Source: an uncultured Methanosarcinales archaeon
GTDB taxonomy: Archaea > Halobacteriota > Methanosarcinia > Methanotrichales > Methanotrichaceae
NCBI GenBank assembly: GCA_963843555.1
Contig: CAWJKV010000003.1
Coordinates: 128,001-192,000 of the forward strand
Length of the DNA: 64,000 nucleotides
Reading direction: 5' to 3'
Position 1 is the first letter of the stretch. Each line of letters begins with the position of its first letter. Both the position numbers and the translations under genes were made by a program. The notes under the pieces are model-generated. The model saw only the letters and a program-made list of their open reading frames with translations, was not told where the DNA came from and searched no databases. Below, in pieces: positions 21,202 through 31,406 of this stretch.

Positions 21202-22436
21202 ATGAAAGAACTGGTTGATCAGATATCAGCTCGTCTCAGGGATCAGAAGATCGAAGTCCCTGAGGAGGAGATCGCGTCTCGCCTGAAGATGCTCATCGAT
21301 GATTTTCGTGTGCCTGAAGGCGAGGCCAGAAGATCGGTTTTGAATTATTTCCTGAAAGAGCACGGCATAATGCCCCAGGTCAGGGCCAGCTCTGAGAAGG
21401 TCAAGATCTCAGAGATCAAGGAGGCCGGCAAGTGGGTGGATCTGGAGGTCAAGGTCCTGGATCTCTGGGAGCCGGCAACCGAGGCCATCTCCCAGACAGG
21501 GCTCATCGGCGACGGCTCAGGATCGATGAAGTTCGTCAAGTGGGCCAAGTCCGAGCTGCCCAGATCTGGAGCTGGGGCAGAGCTATCTCTTGAAGAGAGT
21601 GGTCACGGACGAGTTCCAGGGCCGGTTCAGCGTGAAATTGAACCGCACCAGCCAGATCGAGCCGCTGGAGAAAGAGGTGGAGGCGAGGCCTGCCAGCACG
21701 AGCTCGCTCAAGCCGGCAAGGTGGTTGAGATCACTGAACCCGGCCTCTGGGTCGATCTGAAGGTCAAGGTGGCGCAGCTCTGGGAGACAAACAGCGATGC
21801 CATCTCCCAGTCCGGCCTGGTGGGAGACGAGACCGGTTCCATAAAGTTTGTGAAATGGGCCAAGGCCGATCTGCCCAACATGGAGGAAGGCAAGAGCTAC
21901 CTCCTTGCGCAACCTTGTCACAGACGAGTTCCAGGGCCGGTTCAGCGTGAAATTGAACCGTACCAGCCAGATCGAGCCTCTGGATGTCGATGTGGAGATT
22001 GGATCTCAGGCGGCGGAGTTCTCGGGCGCACTGGTGGATGTGCAGAAAGGCTCGGGCCTCATCAAGCGCTGTCCCGTCTGCAAACGCTCTCTAGCCAAAG
22101 GTGTCTGCAGCGAGCATGGAAAGGTGGATGGCACCTACGATCTGCGCATCAAGGCGGTCACTGGACGATGGCCGTCGGGTGCAGGATGTGCTCATCAACA
22201 GGGAGACGACGGAGCGTCTGGTGGGCCTGACTCTGGATGATGCCAAGCAGATGGCTATGGAGGCTCTGGATCACGAAGTAGTGCGCGGCCTTATCGAGAG
22301 CAAATTGATGGGTAGATATTTCAGCATCACTGGACCGCGAGTCGATCGCTATATCCTGGTGGAGACCATAAATGAGGTCCCGCCAGTGACGGAATTCAAA
22401 GTGGACGAGCTGATGGGCGAAGTGGAGGCGGTCTAA
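21202..22436 (+). CDS. rpa: Replication protein A (multi-OB ssDNA-binding protein with Zn finger), frameshifted
   Basis: Two OB repeats WVDL.VKV..LWE...ISQ.GL.GD..GS.KFVKW; GSGLIKRCPVCKR...CSEHG; split over several ORFs. Confidence 0.88.
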
Positions 22437-22437
22437 G

Positions 22438-23256
22438 ATGGCAGGATTTTCAAGAGAAGTGGCGCGCAGGGTCTTTGCCGAAGAGCTGAAGAGCTCGAAC
22501 TACTCCTTCCGGGATGGTGAGGAACAGAACCAGTATGCTCCTCAATATCTTCTCACGCCGACCGGGCGCAAAATGCAATCGCGTCTTCACTGTTGGCACT
22601 CTGACGGAGAAGGATGATATCGGCGGTGACACCGAGTACTGGCGGGGGAGGCTGGTGGATCCAACGGGCAGCATACTGATCTACGCCGGTCAGTACCAGC
22701 CGGAAGCGGCTCAGATTCTGGCCAATATGGAGGCTCCCGCTTTTGTGGCCGTGGTGGGCAAGCCCAACCTCTACCAGACCGAAGACGGAAATATCATCAT
22801 CTCTCTGCGTGCCGAGTCCATCCAGCGGGTCGACGAGGCCACGAGAAATCAGTGGATAATGGACACTGCCCGCAGAACATCGGAGCGACTGGCGGCACTG
22901 AAGAACGCGAAGCCAGTGCCCTGTCTCCAGCGACTTCTGCCACGGCAGATCAGGTGCCATCTTCCACGCCCCTTCCGGATGCAGAAAGAGCCAGGAGCAT
23001 TACCATACCGATATCGGAGCATTACCGGCAGATGATACTTCGCGCGCTCTCCTCTCTGAAGGCCGAGCTGGCCGGAGAAAGGCGGAGCGCCGGCAGACTG
23101 AAAATCGAAGGCCGGCCAGTTCCCGAGAGCGAATCGCAGCCAGCTGCGCCCAGAAGAAGCCTGAATCCTGGAAGCGATGCCAGCCCCGAGCAAAAGAGGA
23201 AAGGGAAGAGAAGAGTGAATCTCTCGAACGCCTGGCCGGAGACGGAGAACGGATGA
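22438..23256 (+). CDS. RPA-associated OB-fold protein, frameshifted
   Basis: MAGFSREVARRVFAEEL start; CNRVFTVGTLTE, DPTGS..IYAGQYQPEA; C-terminal end uncertain. Confidence 0.78.
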
Positions 23257-23342
23257 CAGAGGTGGAGACCTCAAACTTGCGGCAAGAAGAGCTGAAAAGT
23301 TTTATATAATGTGCTGAGGCTCTATAACATGGGTGAATCAAT

Positions 23343-23573
23343 ATGGTAATTGGAGTAACGATGGTGAAGGTGGTGCCGGGACAGGAGAAGGCCGTCTACA
23401 ATGCCTTGCAGGAGATCGAGGGCATCAAGGATGTCTACCATGTCTTCGGCGAGTTCGACTTCGTGGTCATCATTGAGGTCGAAGGCCTGAGCATGCTCAA
23501 CAAGCTTGTCGACGTCATCCGCGAGATAGACAACGTTACAGCCACCCAGACCGTAGTCGGGGCTGAGCTTTAG
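23343..23573 (+). CDS. Lrp/AsnC ligand-binding-domain protein
   Basis: VYHVFGEFDFVVIIEV...IREIDNVTATQT. Confidence 0.88.
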   Translation: MVIGVTMVKVVPGQEKAVYNALQEIEGIKDVYHVFGEFDFVVIIEVEGLSMLNKLVDVIREIDNVTATQTVVGAEL

Positions 23574-23591
23574 CCCCTCTTTTTCCTATTT

Positions 23592-25427
23592 ATGGAGATC
23601 GCTGAGGAGCTGGCCAAGCAGCAGAAGGCCATCTCTGTAGCTGAATTTTTTGAGAAAAACCGTCAGATTCTGGGATTCGACTCAGCACCTCGCGCCCTGA
23701 TCACCTGCGTGAAGGAGGCGGTGGACAATTCTCTGGACGCCTGTGAGGATGCAGGGATACTGCCGGATATCTTTGTGCAGATAAAACGCAGCGGCGATTA
23801 TTATCAGGTCATCGTGGAGGATAACGGGCCGGGCATTGTGCCGGACGAGATTCCGCGCGTCTTTGCCAAGTTGCTTTATGGATCGCGTTTTCATACTCTG
23901 CGCCAGAGCCGGGGCCAGCAGGGCATCGGCATCTCTGCGGCGGTACTTTATTCTCAGCTCACGAGCGGCAAGCCCACTAAAGTCATCTCCAAGATCGCTC
24001 CGGATAGACCAGCCTGCTACTGTGAGCTGCTTGATAAACACGGCCAAGAATGAGCCCGAGATCCTCAAGTCGGAGGAGGTGGATTGGGAGAGGCCCCGGG
24101 GCACGCGCGTGGAGCTGGAGATGGAGGGCTCCTATGTGCGCAGCCGGCGGCAGTCCGTCTTCGGTTCCCTGAAGAGCGCGGCCATCGTCAACCCCCATGC
24201 CCGTCTTACTCTGGTGGAGCCGGAAGGCAATGTGGAGGTCTTCGAGAGGGTGACGGAGAGCCTGCCCAAGAAAGCCTATGCCATCCAGCCTCACCCGGAC
24301 GGAATCGAGCTTGGCGAGCTGATCAAGCTCCTGCGTTATACGGACAAGAAGAAACTGCGCGTCTTTCTGAAGGAGACCTTCTCCTCCATCGGCACCATAT
24401 CGGCACAGGAGCTATGCCTCCGGTCAGGCCTGGACCAGAAGAGCCGCCATCAAGCCTGGACCATGAGGAGGCCAAGCGACTGCTGGCCGCCTTCAAGCAG
24501 ATCAAGGTCAAATCGCCTCCGGTGGACTGCCTGTCACCCATAGGCGAAGAGCTGATCAAGGCCGGCCTGGAGAAGGAGTACCGGCTGGACTTCATCGCCA
24601 CAACGGTTCGGCCCGTCTCCGTTTACTCCGGCAATCCTTTTCCCGTCGAGGTGGGCCTGGGGTACGGAGGTGAACTGGAGAAGGAGAGCCGAGTGGAGAT
24701 TCTGCGTTTCGCCAATCGCGTTCCTCTGGTCTACCAGCAGGGCGCCTGCGCCATAACGCATGCCGTGGAGAGCGTCTCCTGGAAGAACTATTCCCTGAGC
24801 CAGCCCACAGGAAGCGGGGTCCCGGTTGGGCCGGCGGTGCTGCTGGTGCACATAGCTTCCACCAATATCCCCTTCACCTCGGAGAGCAAAGATGCCGTGG
24901 CCGATATGCCCGAGATCCTGACTGAGATCGATCTGGGGCTGAAAGAGGTATCGCGAAAGCTGCGCCGTTACCTGAGCCGGCAGAGCGTGCTATCCGAGAG
25001 CCGGGAGAAAGAGGAGATCATAAGAAAGATCCTGCCCCGCATTGCGAAGAAGCTCTCCGATGTCCTGGAAAAGCCCGAGCCGGATATCGGACCGGTGGTG
25101 GCCAAGATCATGGGCAACCTTCTCGTCTTCAGACGCTTGGAGCAGCAGAACGGACATGTGGCCGTCAGGATGATGTAGAAAATCATAGCGACCTGGTCAG
25201 ATCCTTCAAGCTGCATGAGGTCCTGGCAGAGGAGGCAGTCGCCGTCTCTGCCTGCTGCCAAAGTCATTCCGCTGGGGGACGGTTACGACCACCACTGGAA
25301 GTTATCCCTCGGCCCGGGGGAGAGCACCATTCTCAGCTACAGCGTTCATGAGGATGGCAGCCCCAGGAAAGAGCCGGTGGTGGAGGGTTTGGATGCGGAG
25401 ATTGTCACAGGGGCCAGGGTGATCTGA
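23592..25427 (+). CDS. top6B: DNA topoisomerase VI subunit B, frameshifted
   Basis: [42 protein letters not shown] across consecutive ORFs. Confidence 0.93.
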
Positions 25428-25430
25428 TAA

Positions 25431-26558
25431 ATGGATGGATCTGATGAGAGGAAAAATCAAGCAAAAGTAGAAAAAACAGCAAAATCGAAAATGGCTCAGG
25501 AGAAGATTATGGGCCTCGCTCTGGATCTCTACAACCAGTTCCAGCAGGGAATAGTGCCCCATATCACTCTGCCCTCCAGAACCAAAGGCAATATCGAGTT
25601 CTCCACCAAGGAGGATGTCTGGGTCTACGGAGACCAGGAGACGATGCGCAGCGTCAAGACCGTGCGCGGAGCCAAGACGCTTCTCAAGACCGTTCACCTC
25701 GCCGAGCTGCTCATCAAGGAGCACCTCAAGAACAATCGCGGCTCGACATTGAGAGAGATCTATTACATCTCTGAGAACTGGGATATAGCGAAGTTCCACG
25801 AGCAGGCGGAGAGCGACCGTCTGATTGAAGACCTGGAGATCGTCACCACTCTGCACCGGGAGGACTTCCATGTCCGGCCGGAGGAGGATGGAGCGGCAGT
25901 ATTCGGGCCTCTGCGCCTCCGAGAGCAGACACGGCGCGGCGAGCGCGAGATGCACTGCCAGGAGGATGTGGGCGAGGCCGGCTACCAGATACCGTTCAAT
26001 GTGGACAACATCGAGTTCCTGAGCCACGATGCTAAAATGGTCATGGCCATTGAGACGGGCGGAATGTATGCCCGGCTGATCGAGAACGGCTTCGATGAAG
26101 AGTACAATGCCATCCTGGTGCATATCAAGGGTCAGCCGGCCAGGTCCACGCGGCGCATCATAAAGAGGCTCAACGCGGAATTGAACATTCCCGTGGTCGT
26201 CTTCACGGATGGGGACCCCTGGTCCTATCGCATCTTTGCCAGCATCGCTTACGGGGCCATCAAGAGCGCTCACCTCTCCGAGCACCTGGTCACACCCAAG
26301 GCGCGTTTCCTGGGGGTGCAGCCCAGTGATATAGTGGACTATAATCTCTCCACTGACAAGCTCACCGATCAGGATATGCAGGCATTGCGCAGCGAGCTGA
26401 CCGATCCGCGCTTTAACACGCCTTACTGGGAGAAGCAGATCAAGCTGCAGATAGATCTGAAGAAGAAGGCAGAGCAGCAGGCCTTTGCCGGCAAGGGACT
26501 GGATTATGTGACCAAGACCTATCTGCCTGAGAGGCTCACCGAGATGGGGATAATATAA
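25431..26558 (+). CDS. top6A: DNA topoisomerase VI subunit A
   Basis: [21 protein letters not shown] (TOPRIM), KKAEQQA. Confidence 0.96.
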   Translation: MDGSDERKNQAKVEKTAKSKMAQEKIMGLALDLYNQFQQGIVPHITLPSRTKGNIEFSTKEDVWVYGDQETMRSVKTVRGAKTLLKTVHLAELLIKEHLKNNRGSTLREIYYISENWDIAKFHEQAESDRLIEDLEIVTTLHREDFHVRPEEDGAAVFGPLRLREQTRRGEREMHCQEDVGEAGYQIPFNVDNIEFLSHDAKMVMAIETGGMYARLIENGFDEEYNAILVHIKGQPARSTRRIIKRLNAELNIPVVVFTDGDPWSYRIFASIAYGAIKSAHLSEHLVTPKARFLGVQPSDIVDYNLSTDKLTDQDMQALRSELTDPRFNTPYWEKQIKLQIDLKKKAEQQAFAGKGLDYVTKTYLPERLTEMGII

Positions 26559-27354
26559 ACGATCATCGACTTTCACACTCACATCTACCCGCAATGGGTA
26601 GCGGCTAAGATCCTGCCCGCCGCGAAGAAGAAGCTGAAGGTGGAGGTGCCGGGAACGGGCGCCCCCGATGACCTGCGCAGTCACATGAGTGATTCGGGAA
26701 TATCCAGGTCTGTTCTCCTGCCCCTGGCCAAAGGTCGGGAGGATGTGTCCAGCCTCAACGACTGGATCCTATCCGTCTCAGGAGATGATCTCCTTCCCTT
26801 TGGTGCCGTCCATCCCTTTATGGAAAATCTGGAGTCGGAGCTGGACCGATTGGCCGCCCGCGGCGTTCGGGGCGTCAAGATGATGCCACTGCTGCAGGAG
26901 GTCTATCCCGATGATCCCGGCTGCGAGAGGCTTTATGAAGCCTTGATAAAGAGAAAGATGATCCTGGTGACCCACGCGGGCCGGGATCCTCTGGAGAGAC
27001 GGGAGATCTTCGGGACGCCGGAGCGCTTTGCCAGAGTCGATCCAATGCTATCCCGACCTTCGAGTGGATCTGGCTCATCTGGGAGGCCTGCGAATGTGGG
27101 ATGAGGTGCAAAGATATCTCGTGCCTGCAGGCAGAAATGTTTACTTCGATACCGCTTACGTCTCCTTTTATCTATCCCTGGAAGAGATCGAGGAGCTGAT
27201 AAGGGATCTCGGTCCGGATAGGGTCATATTCGGCAGCGATTATCCATGGGAAGAGCCGGGAAGGGCAGCGGCCATAATAGGGCGCCTGGGCCTATGTGAA
27301 GCGGAAAGGGAAGCCGTGCTCTGGAAAAATGCGGCCAAGCTATTGAATTTATGA
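26559..27354 (+). CDS. Amidohydrolase family protein (frameshift near 27040; no canonical start seen)
   Basis: IIDFHTHIYP, LAHLGG, VYFDTA, RVIFGSDYPW. Confidence 0.82.
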
Positions 27355-27370
27355 TCCAGAGGTTGTTTGG

Positions 27371-27668
27371 CTACCCAAACATCGCTCCTATTCCCGCTTC
27401 TGCCGCCTCCGCCTCATCCCGGAAGGCCTTCAGCAGCGCTTCCCCTTTCTCGCCCTTCAGCTCTTTGGCAGCCGTCTCGGCTAAGCAGCTTCCGTGCCTC
27501 CTCCGCCAGCTCATCTTTGGCTTTGATGTAAAGGCACATGCCATCCAAGTCCTGACCCATGGCCCTGCACTCTCGCATGGTAGGGCCCAGTCGCTTCCAG
27601 AACTCTTCATCCAGCATCTTCAACATGTCTTTGCTGTTTTCCATTGGGTAAGTGTAAACCAGCTCCAT
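27371..27668 (-). CDS. Small hypothetical protein, frameshifted
   Basis: MELVYTYP...EEARKLL joins AETAAKE...AEAGIGAMFG in the neighbouring frame. Confidence 0.6.
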
Positions 27669-27687
27669 CAGTATAGTCTCCTCAAGT

Positions 27688-27891
27688 TCATAGTTCCTGC
27701 ATGGCCTTCTTAAGCATCTCTGTGCACTGGTCCATGAGCTCCGCTGCTCCGCGGATATCCTGGGCCGCCTTCTCGCTCACACTGGCAACCTGGGCCGCCC
27801 TCTCTCGAAAAGAGGTGCTGTGGCTCTCGTTGTGCTCTATCCAGTGTTCCAGCAGGTGTCTTACTGACTCTTTGCTGAGGTCTTTTTCCAT
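27688..27891 (-). CDS. Small helical His-containing protein
   Basis: LLEHWIEHNESH motif; start placed at MEKDL. Confidence 0.65.
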   Translation of the reverse strand: MEKDLSKESVRHLLEHWIEHNESHSTSFRERAAQVASVSEKAAQDIRGAAELMDQCTEMLKKAMQEL

Positions 27892-28036
27892 TTCTTCATC
27901 GCCTTCCGTCGTCGTAGGAGGTGCTGCGCAAAATAGTTTTTCATCGAAGACTACATAATTTGATTCTTTGCATTCCAACAAACCCATCCAGCCGCCAGGT
28001 TGATGAAATATAAGGCAAACACGAATGGGAAGGTCG

Positions 28037-28732
28037 ATGAAATTAATTTACCTTGAGGATAGCTGTATAAAATCTTTTGATGCACTGGTCAGCTCTGCTG
28101 ATGGCGAGAAAGTGGTCTTGGATAGAACAGCCTTCTATCCGCAGTCAGGTGGACAGCCCTCTGATCTGGGATCGATCTTTCGAGGAGAAGAGGAGTTCAG
28201 GGTTTTGAGTGTCGATCCCCCTGATCCGTTTCACGTCCTGGATAAACCAGGTCTCGCTCCAGGTGATAAGGTCTCTGGGAGAATCGATTGGGAAAGACGC
28301 TACAGGTTCATGCGCAGCCACACAGCCTGCCATATTTTGAGTGCGGTCATATTCAATGAAACCGGTGCCAGAATAACCGGGAACCAGATAGATCTTGCCA
28401 GATCCAGGGTTGATTTCAGCCTGGAGAAGTTCGATAAATCGGAGATGGCTGCATATGTTGACAGTGCTAACCGGATAATTACCGAGAATCATACAGTTAA
28501 GACCAGCATGCTATCGAAAACTGAGGCCATGGCTATACCTGATCTGGTGCGCCTGGCCATGGCGGTTCCGGACAGAGAAGAGATCAGAGTTGTGGTGATA
28601 GAGGGCATTGACCGGCAGGCATGTGGAGGAACCCATGTATGCAGCACCGGCGAGGTGAAGGGAATAAAATTGGTCAAGGCCGAGAATAAAGGAAAGTCCA
28701 ATCGGAGGGTCTACTTCGAGTTGGTGGACTGA
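28037..28732 (+). CDS. alaX: Alanyl-tRNA editing protein AlaX
   Basis: TAFYPQSGGQPSD, MRSHTACH, ACGGTHV. Confidence 0.92.
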   Translation: MKLIYLEDSCIKSFDALVSSADGEKVVLDRTAFYPQSGGQPSDLGSIFRGEEEFRVLSVDPPDPFHVLDKPGLAPGDKVSGRIDWERRYRFMRSHTACHILSAVIFNETGARITGNQIDLARSRVDFSLEKFDKSEMAAYVDSANRIITENHTVKTSMLSKTEAMAIPDLVRLAMAVPDREEIRVVVIEGIDRQACGGTHVCSTGEVKGIKLVKAENKGKSNRRVYFELVD

Positions 28733-28895
28733 GATCATGTCGGGGGCCTTGCATGCGATCTGGCCCCTGCAGGAAGCTCTGACCTTGTAAGACTCTGCTT
28801 TAACCCCCGAGTCGTTCTTCATTGTGCGAAGGAATGAGGGCTATCATTTGTGCTTAAAATCTCTTTGAAATGGGCATTATTTATAGCTAAAAACA

Positions 28896-28967
28896 TGCGC
28901 CGATCGGGATTCGAACCCGAGTTTAGGCGTTGGCAACGCCTAGTGATAACCGCTACACTATCGGCGC
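28896..28967 (-). tRNA. tRNA-Gly (GCC)
   Basis: Reverse complement GCGCCGATAGTGTAGCGG...TAGGCGTTGCCAACGCCTA...GGTTCGAATCCCGATCGGCGCA folds as a cloverleaf; CCA not encoded. Confidence 0.96.
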
Positions 28968-29106
28968 AATGCGATGTGGCGCGTTGCACCCCCTCTAATA
29001 ACCTTCTAGTCTAAAAACATTGCGGATAAATGGCCCTCCCTCGGCCAGGAGAAGGCTGCACACCCTTTATCTACCTGGAAGAAGAATTTATTTATGGTGA
29101 ATTCGC

Positions 29107-30006
29107 TTGCATGATGTCGTCATAGTAGGAGCAGGCCCGGCAGGGCTGACCGCCGCCATGTACTGTGCGAGGGGCGGGAAGAAGACGCTGGTTTTGGGCA
29201 ACATATACAGCTCTCAGGCGTCCATGGGTGGCCTCTATGAAAATTATCCCGGCTTTCCGGAGGGTATTCAGGGCATAGAGCTCTCTGAGAAGATGCTGGC
29301 TCAGGCCCAGAAGTTCGGCGCGGAGAACCAGACCGAGCAGGTGGAGAAGATTGTGAACCTGGGAGACTTCTTCCGCGTGAAGACGGAGAACTGGCAGTAT
29401 GAGGCCAAAGCCGTCATACTGGCCATGGGAGCCGGCCACCGCCAGATCGGCGTGCCTGGTGAGAAGGAGCTGACGACAAGGGGCGTATCCTACTGCGTGC
29501 ACTGCGATGGGGCGCTCTTCAGAGACAAGGCAGTGGCCGTGGTGGGCTATGGCAATGGCGCCGCCAGAGCCATACTGTATCTGGCCAACATCGTCAGCAA
29601 GGTCCATCTCCTCTCCGCGCGAGAGAAGCTGGTGGCAGAGCCGGTTTACCTGGAAAGAATCACGAAGCTCACCAACTATGCGGCAACCTTCGGAGCAGAG
29701 ATCACTGAGATTCGGGGCGACCAGTTCGTGGCAAGCGTGGAGTTCAAAGTCGGCAATACACCCCGCTCCCTGAAGGTGGACGGGGTCTTCGTGGAGATGG
29801 GCATGAAGCCCAATATTGAGGTGGCTGAGGGCCTGGGCCTGGAGATGACCTCCGGCGGTTATGTGAAGGTCAACCGGCTCAACCAGGAGACGAGCATGCC
29901 GGGAGTATTCGCTGCCGGGGACCTGACAGGTGGAAGAATGCAGGTCGCAACCGCAGTGGGTTCAGGCGCCTCCGCCGCCATCAGCGCCCTGCAGTATCTC
30001 GGATAA
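29107..30006 (+). CDS. trxB: Thioredoxin reductase
   Basis: IVGAGPAGLTAA, GVSYCVHCDG (CxxC), GVFAAGD. Confidence 0.9.
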   Translation: MHDVVIVGAGPAGLTAAMYCARGGKKTLVLGNIYSSQASMGGLYENYPGFPEGIQGIELSEKMLAQAQKFGAENQTEQVEKIVNLGDFFRVKTENWQYEAKAVILAMGAGHRQIGVPGEKELTTRGVSYCVHCDGALFRDKAVAVVGYGNGAARAILYLANIVSKVHLLSAREKLVAEPVYLERITKLTNYAATFGAEITEIRGDQFVASVEFKVGNTPRSLKVDGVFVEMGMKPNIEVAEGLGLEMTSGGYVKVNRLNQETSMPGVFAAGDLTGGRMQVATAVGSGASAAISALQYLG

Positions 30007-30043
30007 AGATAAGAAAATTGGAAAGGAAAATTGGAAAAGAACA

Positions 30044-31000
30044 ATGGCGAAGCTTGATAGAAGGCTGGATCTGAAAAGACCCGTTACCGTCTGGCGCTCG
30101 CAGGACCTGGTTGAGGGCCGGGAGGCATCTTCCCTCACCATGATCCTGCGCACAGTGGGCTGCCGGTGGAACCGCTGCACCATGTGCGGCTATGCCAGCG
30201 AAGGGGCGCCGGCCTCGGCCGATGACCTGGTAGCTCAGTTTGAGAACGCCATGCAGAGGAGCTCCCCTGAGGTCACAGTTGTCAAGATCTACACCAGCGG
30301 CAGCTTTTTGGACCCGCAGGAGATGCCCGCGGCAGCCAGGGACGAAATCCTGCAGCGCCTGGAGGCCCTGGGCATAAAGAAGCTGGTTATTGAAACCCGG
30401 CCGCAGTATGTCACCCGGGAGAGCGCGGAAAAGTGCCTCTCTCATCTCCCCACCGAGTTTGCCATGGGTCTCGAGACCTCCAACGACCTCATTCGGGAGC
30501 ACGTCATCCGCAAGGGTTTCACCTTCCAGGACTTTGTGAACGCCGCAGAGGCCGTGCATAGTCTTGGAGGGCGGGTCAAAGCCTACCTGCTGCTGAAGCC
30601 GCCTCTGCTCTCCGAGGGCCAGGCCATGAGAGATGCCATATCCTCGGCCCGGGCGGCGCATAATCACGCGGACGTTCTCTCCCTCAATCTCTGCAATGTG
30701 CAACGCAATACCCAGGTCGAGCGCATGTGGGAGCGGGGCGAGTTTCGGCCCCCCTGGCTCTGGTCGGCCCTGGAGGTATTGAAGAGCATCCCGGGACCGA
30801 TAGTTTGCGACCCGGTGGGCGCAGGAACCAGGCGCGGCCCGCATAACTGCGGCCAGTGTGATGAAGCCGTGGCCGAAGCCATCCGGGTGCATGCTCTTGC
30901 CCAGGACGTCGGTCCTTTCGATAAGCTGGACTGCGAGTGCAGAGCAACCTGGCGGGAATTGATGGAGGTGGAGGAGCACTCCTTCGGCACTCCTTTTTAA
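30044..31000 (+). CDS. Archaeosine biosynthesis radical SAM protein RaSEA
   Basis: ILRTVGCRWNRCTMCGY, KIYTSGSFLD, RPPWLWS, RGPHNCG. Confidence 0.88.
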   Translation: MAKLDRRLDLKRPVTVWRSQDLVEGREASSLTMILRTVGCRWNRCTMCGYASEGAPASADDLVAQFENAMQRSSPEVTVVKIYTSGSFLDPQEMPAAARDEILQRLEALGIKKLVIETRPQYVTRESAEKCLSHLPTEFAMGLETSNDLIREHVIRKGFTFQDFVNAAEAVHSLGGRVKAYLLLKPPLLSEGQAMRDAISSARAAHNHADVLSLNLCNVQRNTQVERMWERGEFRPPWLWSALEVLKSIPGPIVCDPVGAGTRRGPHNCGQCDEAVAEAIRVHALAQDVGPFDKLDCECRATWRELMEVEEHSFGTPF

Positions 31001-31161
31001 GACGAATCTATTACTATAATGCTTGTATCTATTATATCATTTGTATCTTTATATGCTTTTTTTCATTAAACTTAATGATCCAAATATTGCCATTTGGGTG
31101 ATTTAGGAATTTAACCATGAGCTATTTGGTCTAATCCAGGATTATTAGGCATTAATTGGAA

Positions 31162-31180
31162 ACCAAAAGCATTTAATATT
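31162..31180 (+). promoter_or_regulatory. Putative BRE/TATA promoter for the DUF1646 transcript
   Basis: ACCAAAAGC-ATTTAATATT about 230 nt upstream of the start codon, implying a long 5' UTR. Confidence 0.45.
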
Positions 31181-31250
31181 GGTAGAGCATCCGGATAGCA
31201 AAACTCTCCCGAGACGAGAGAGCTTACAGATATAGGACAAAAGAAGGAGG

Positions 31251-31323
31251 TGGTCGTATGGTTTCGACATTCGGGGACGCCGTTCGGAATTGGGATATAC
31301 GGAAGCGTCCAGCCGTACGACCA
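31251..31323 (+). ncRNA. Structured leader RNA resembling the DUF1646 motif / Na+-I riboswitch
   Basis: 13-bp P1 (31251-63 with 31311-23); P2 GGACG/CGTCC plus CCGT/ACGG with an AAG bulge; TTGGG-containing loop; lies upstream of a DUF1646 gene. Confidence 0.65.
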
Positions 31324-31332
31324 ATGCCATGA
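31258..31332 (+). CDS. Putative 24-aa leader peptide (uORF) MVSTFGDAVRNWDIRKRPAVRPMP
   Basis: GGAGGTG SD at 31246-52, ATG at 31258, TGA at 31330-32. Confidence 0.35.
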   Translation: MVSTFGDAVRNWDIRKRPAVRPMP

Positions 31333-31406
31333 GCCCAGGAGTCGGCTTCTGGTCAGCAAAGACCATCAAAAAATTGAAGGTTTTGTAGATATTGGAGGGA
31401 ATATTC

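Noticed and set aside
31195..31230. c-di-GMP-I riboswitch (GCAAAAC...hairpin)
   Set aside because: Only a short CTCTC/GAGAG hairpin; the GAAA tetraloop/receptor and second stem of that class are missing.
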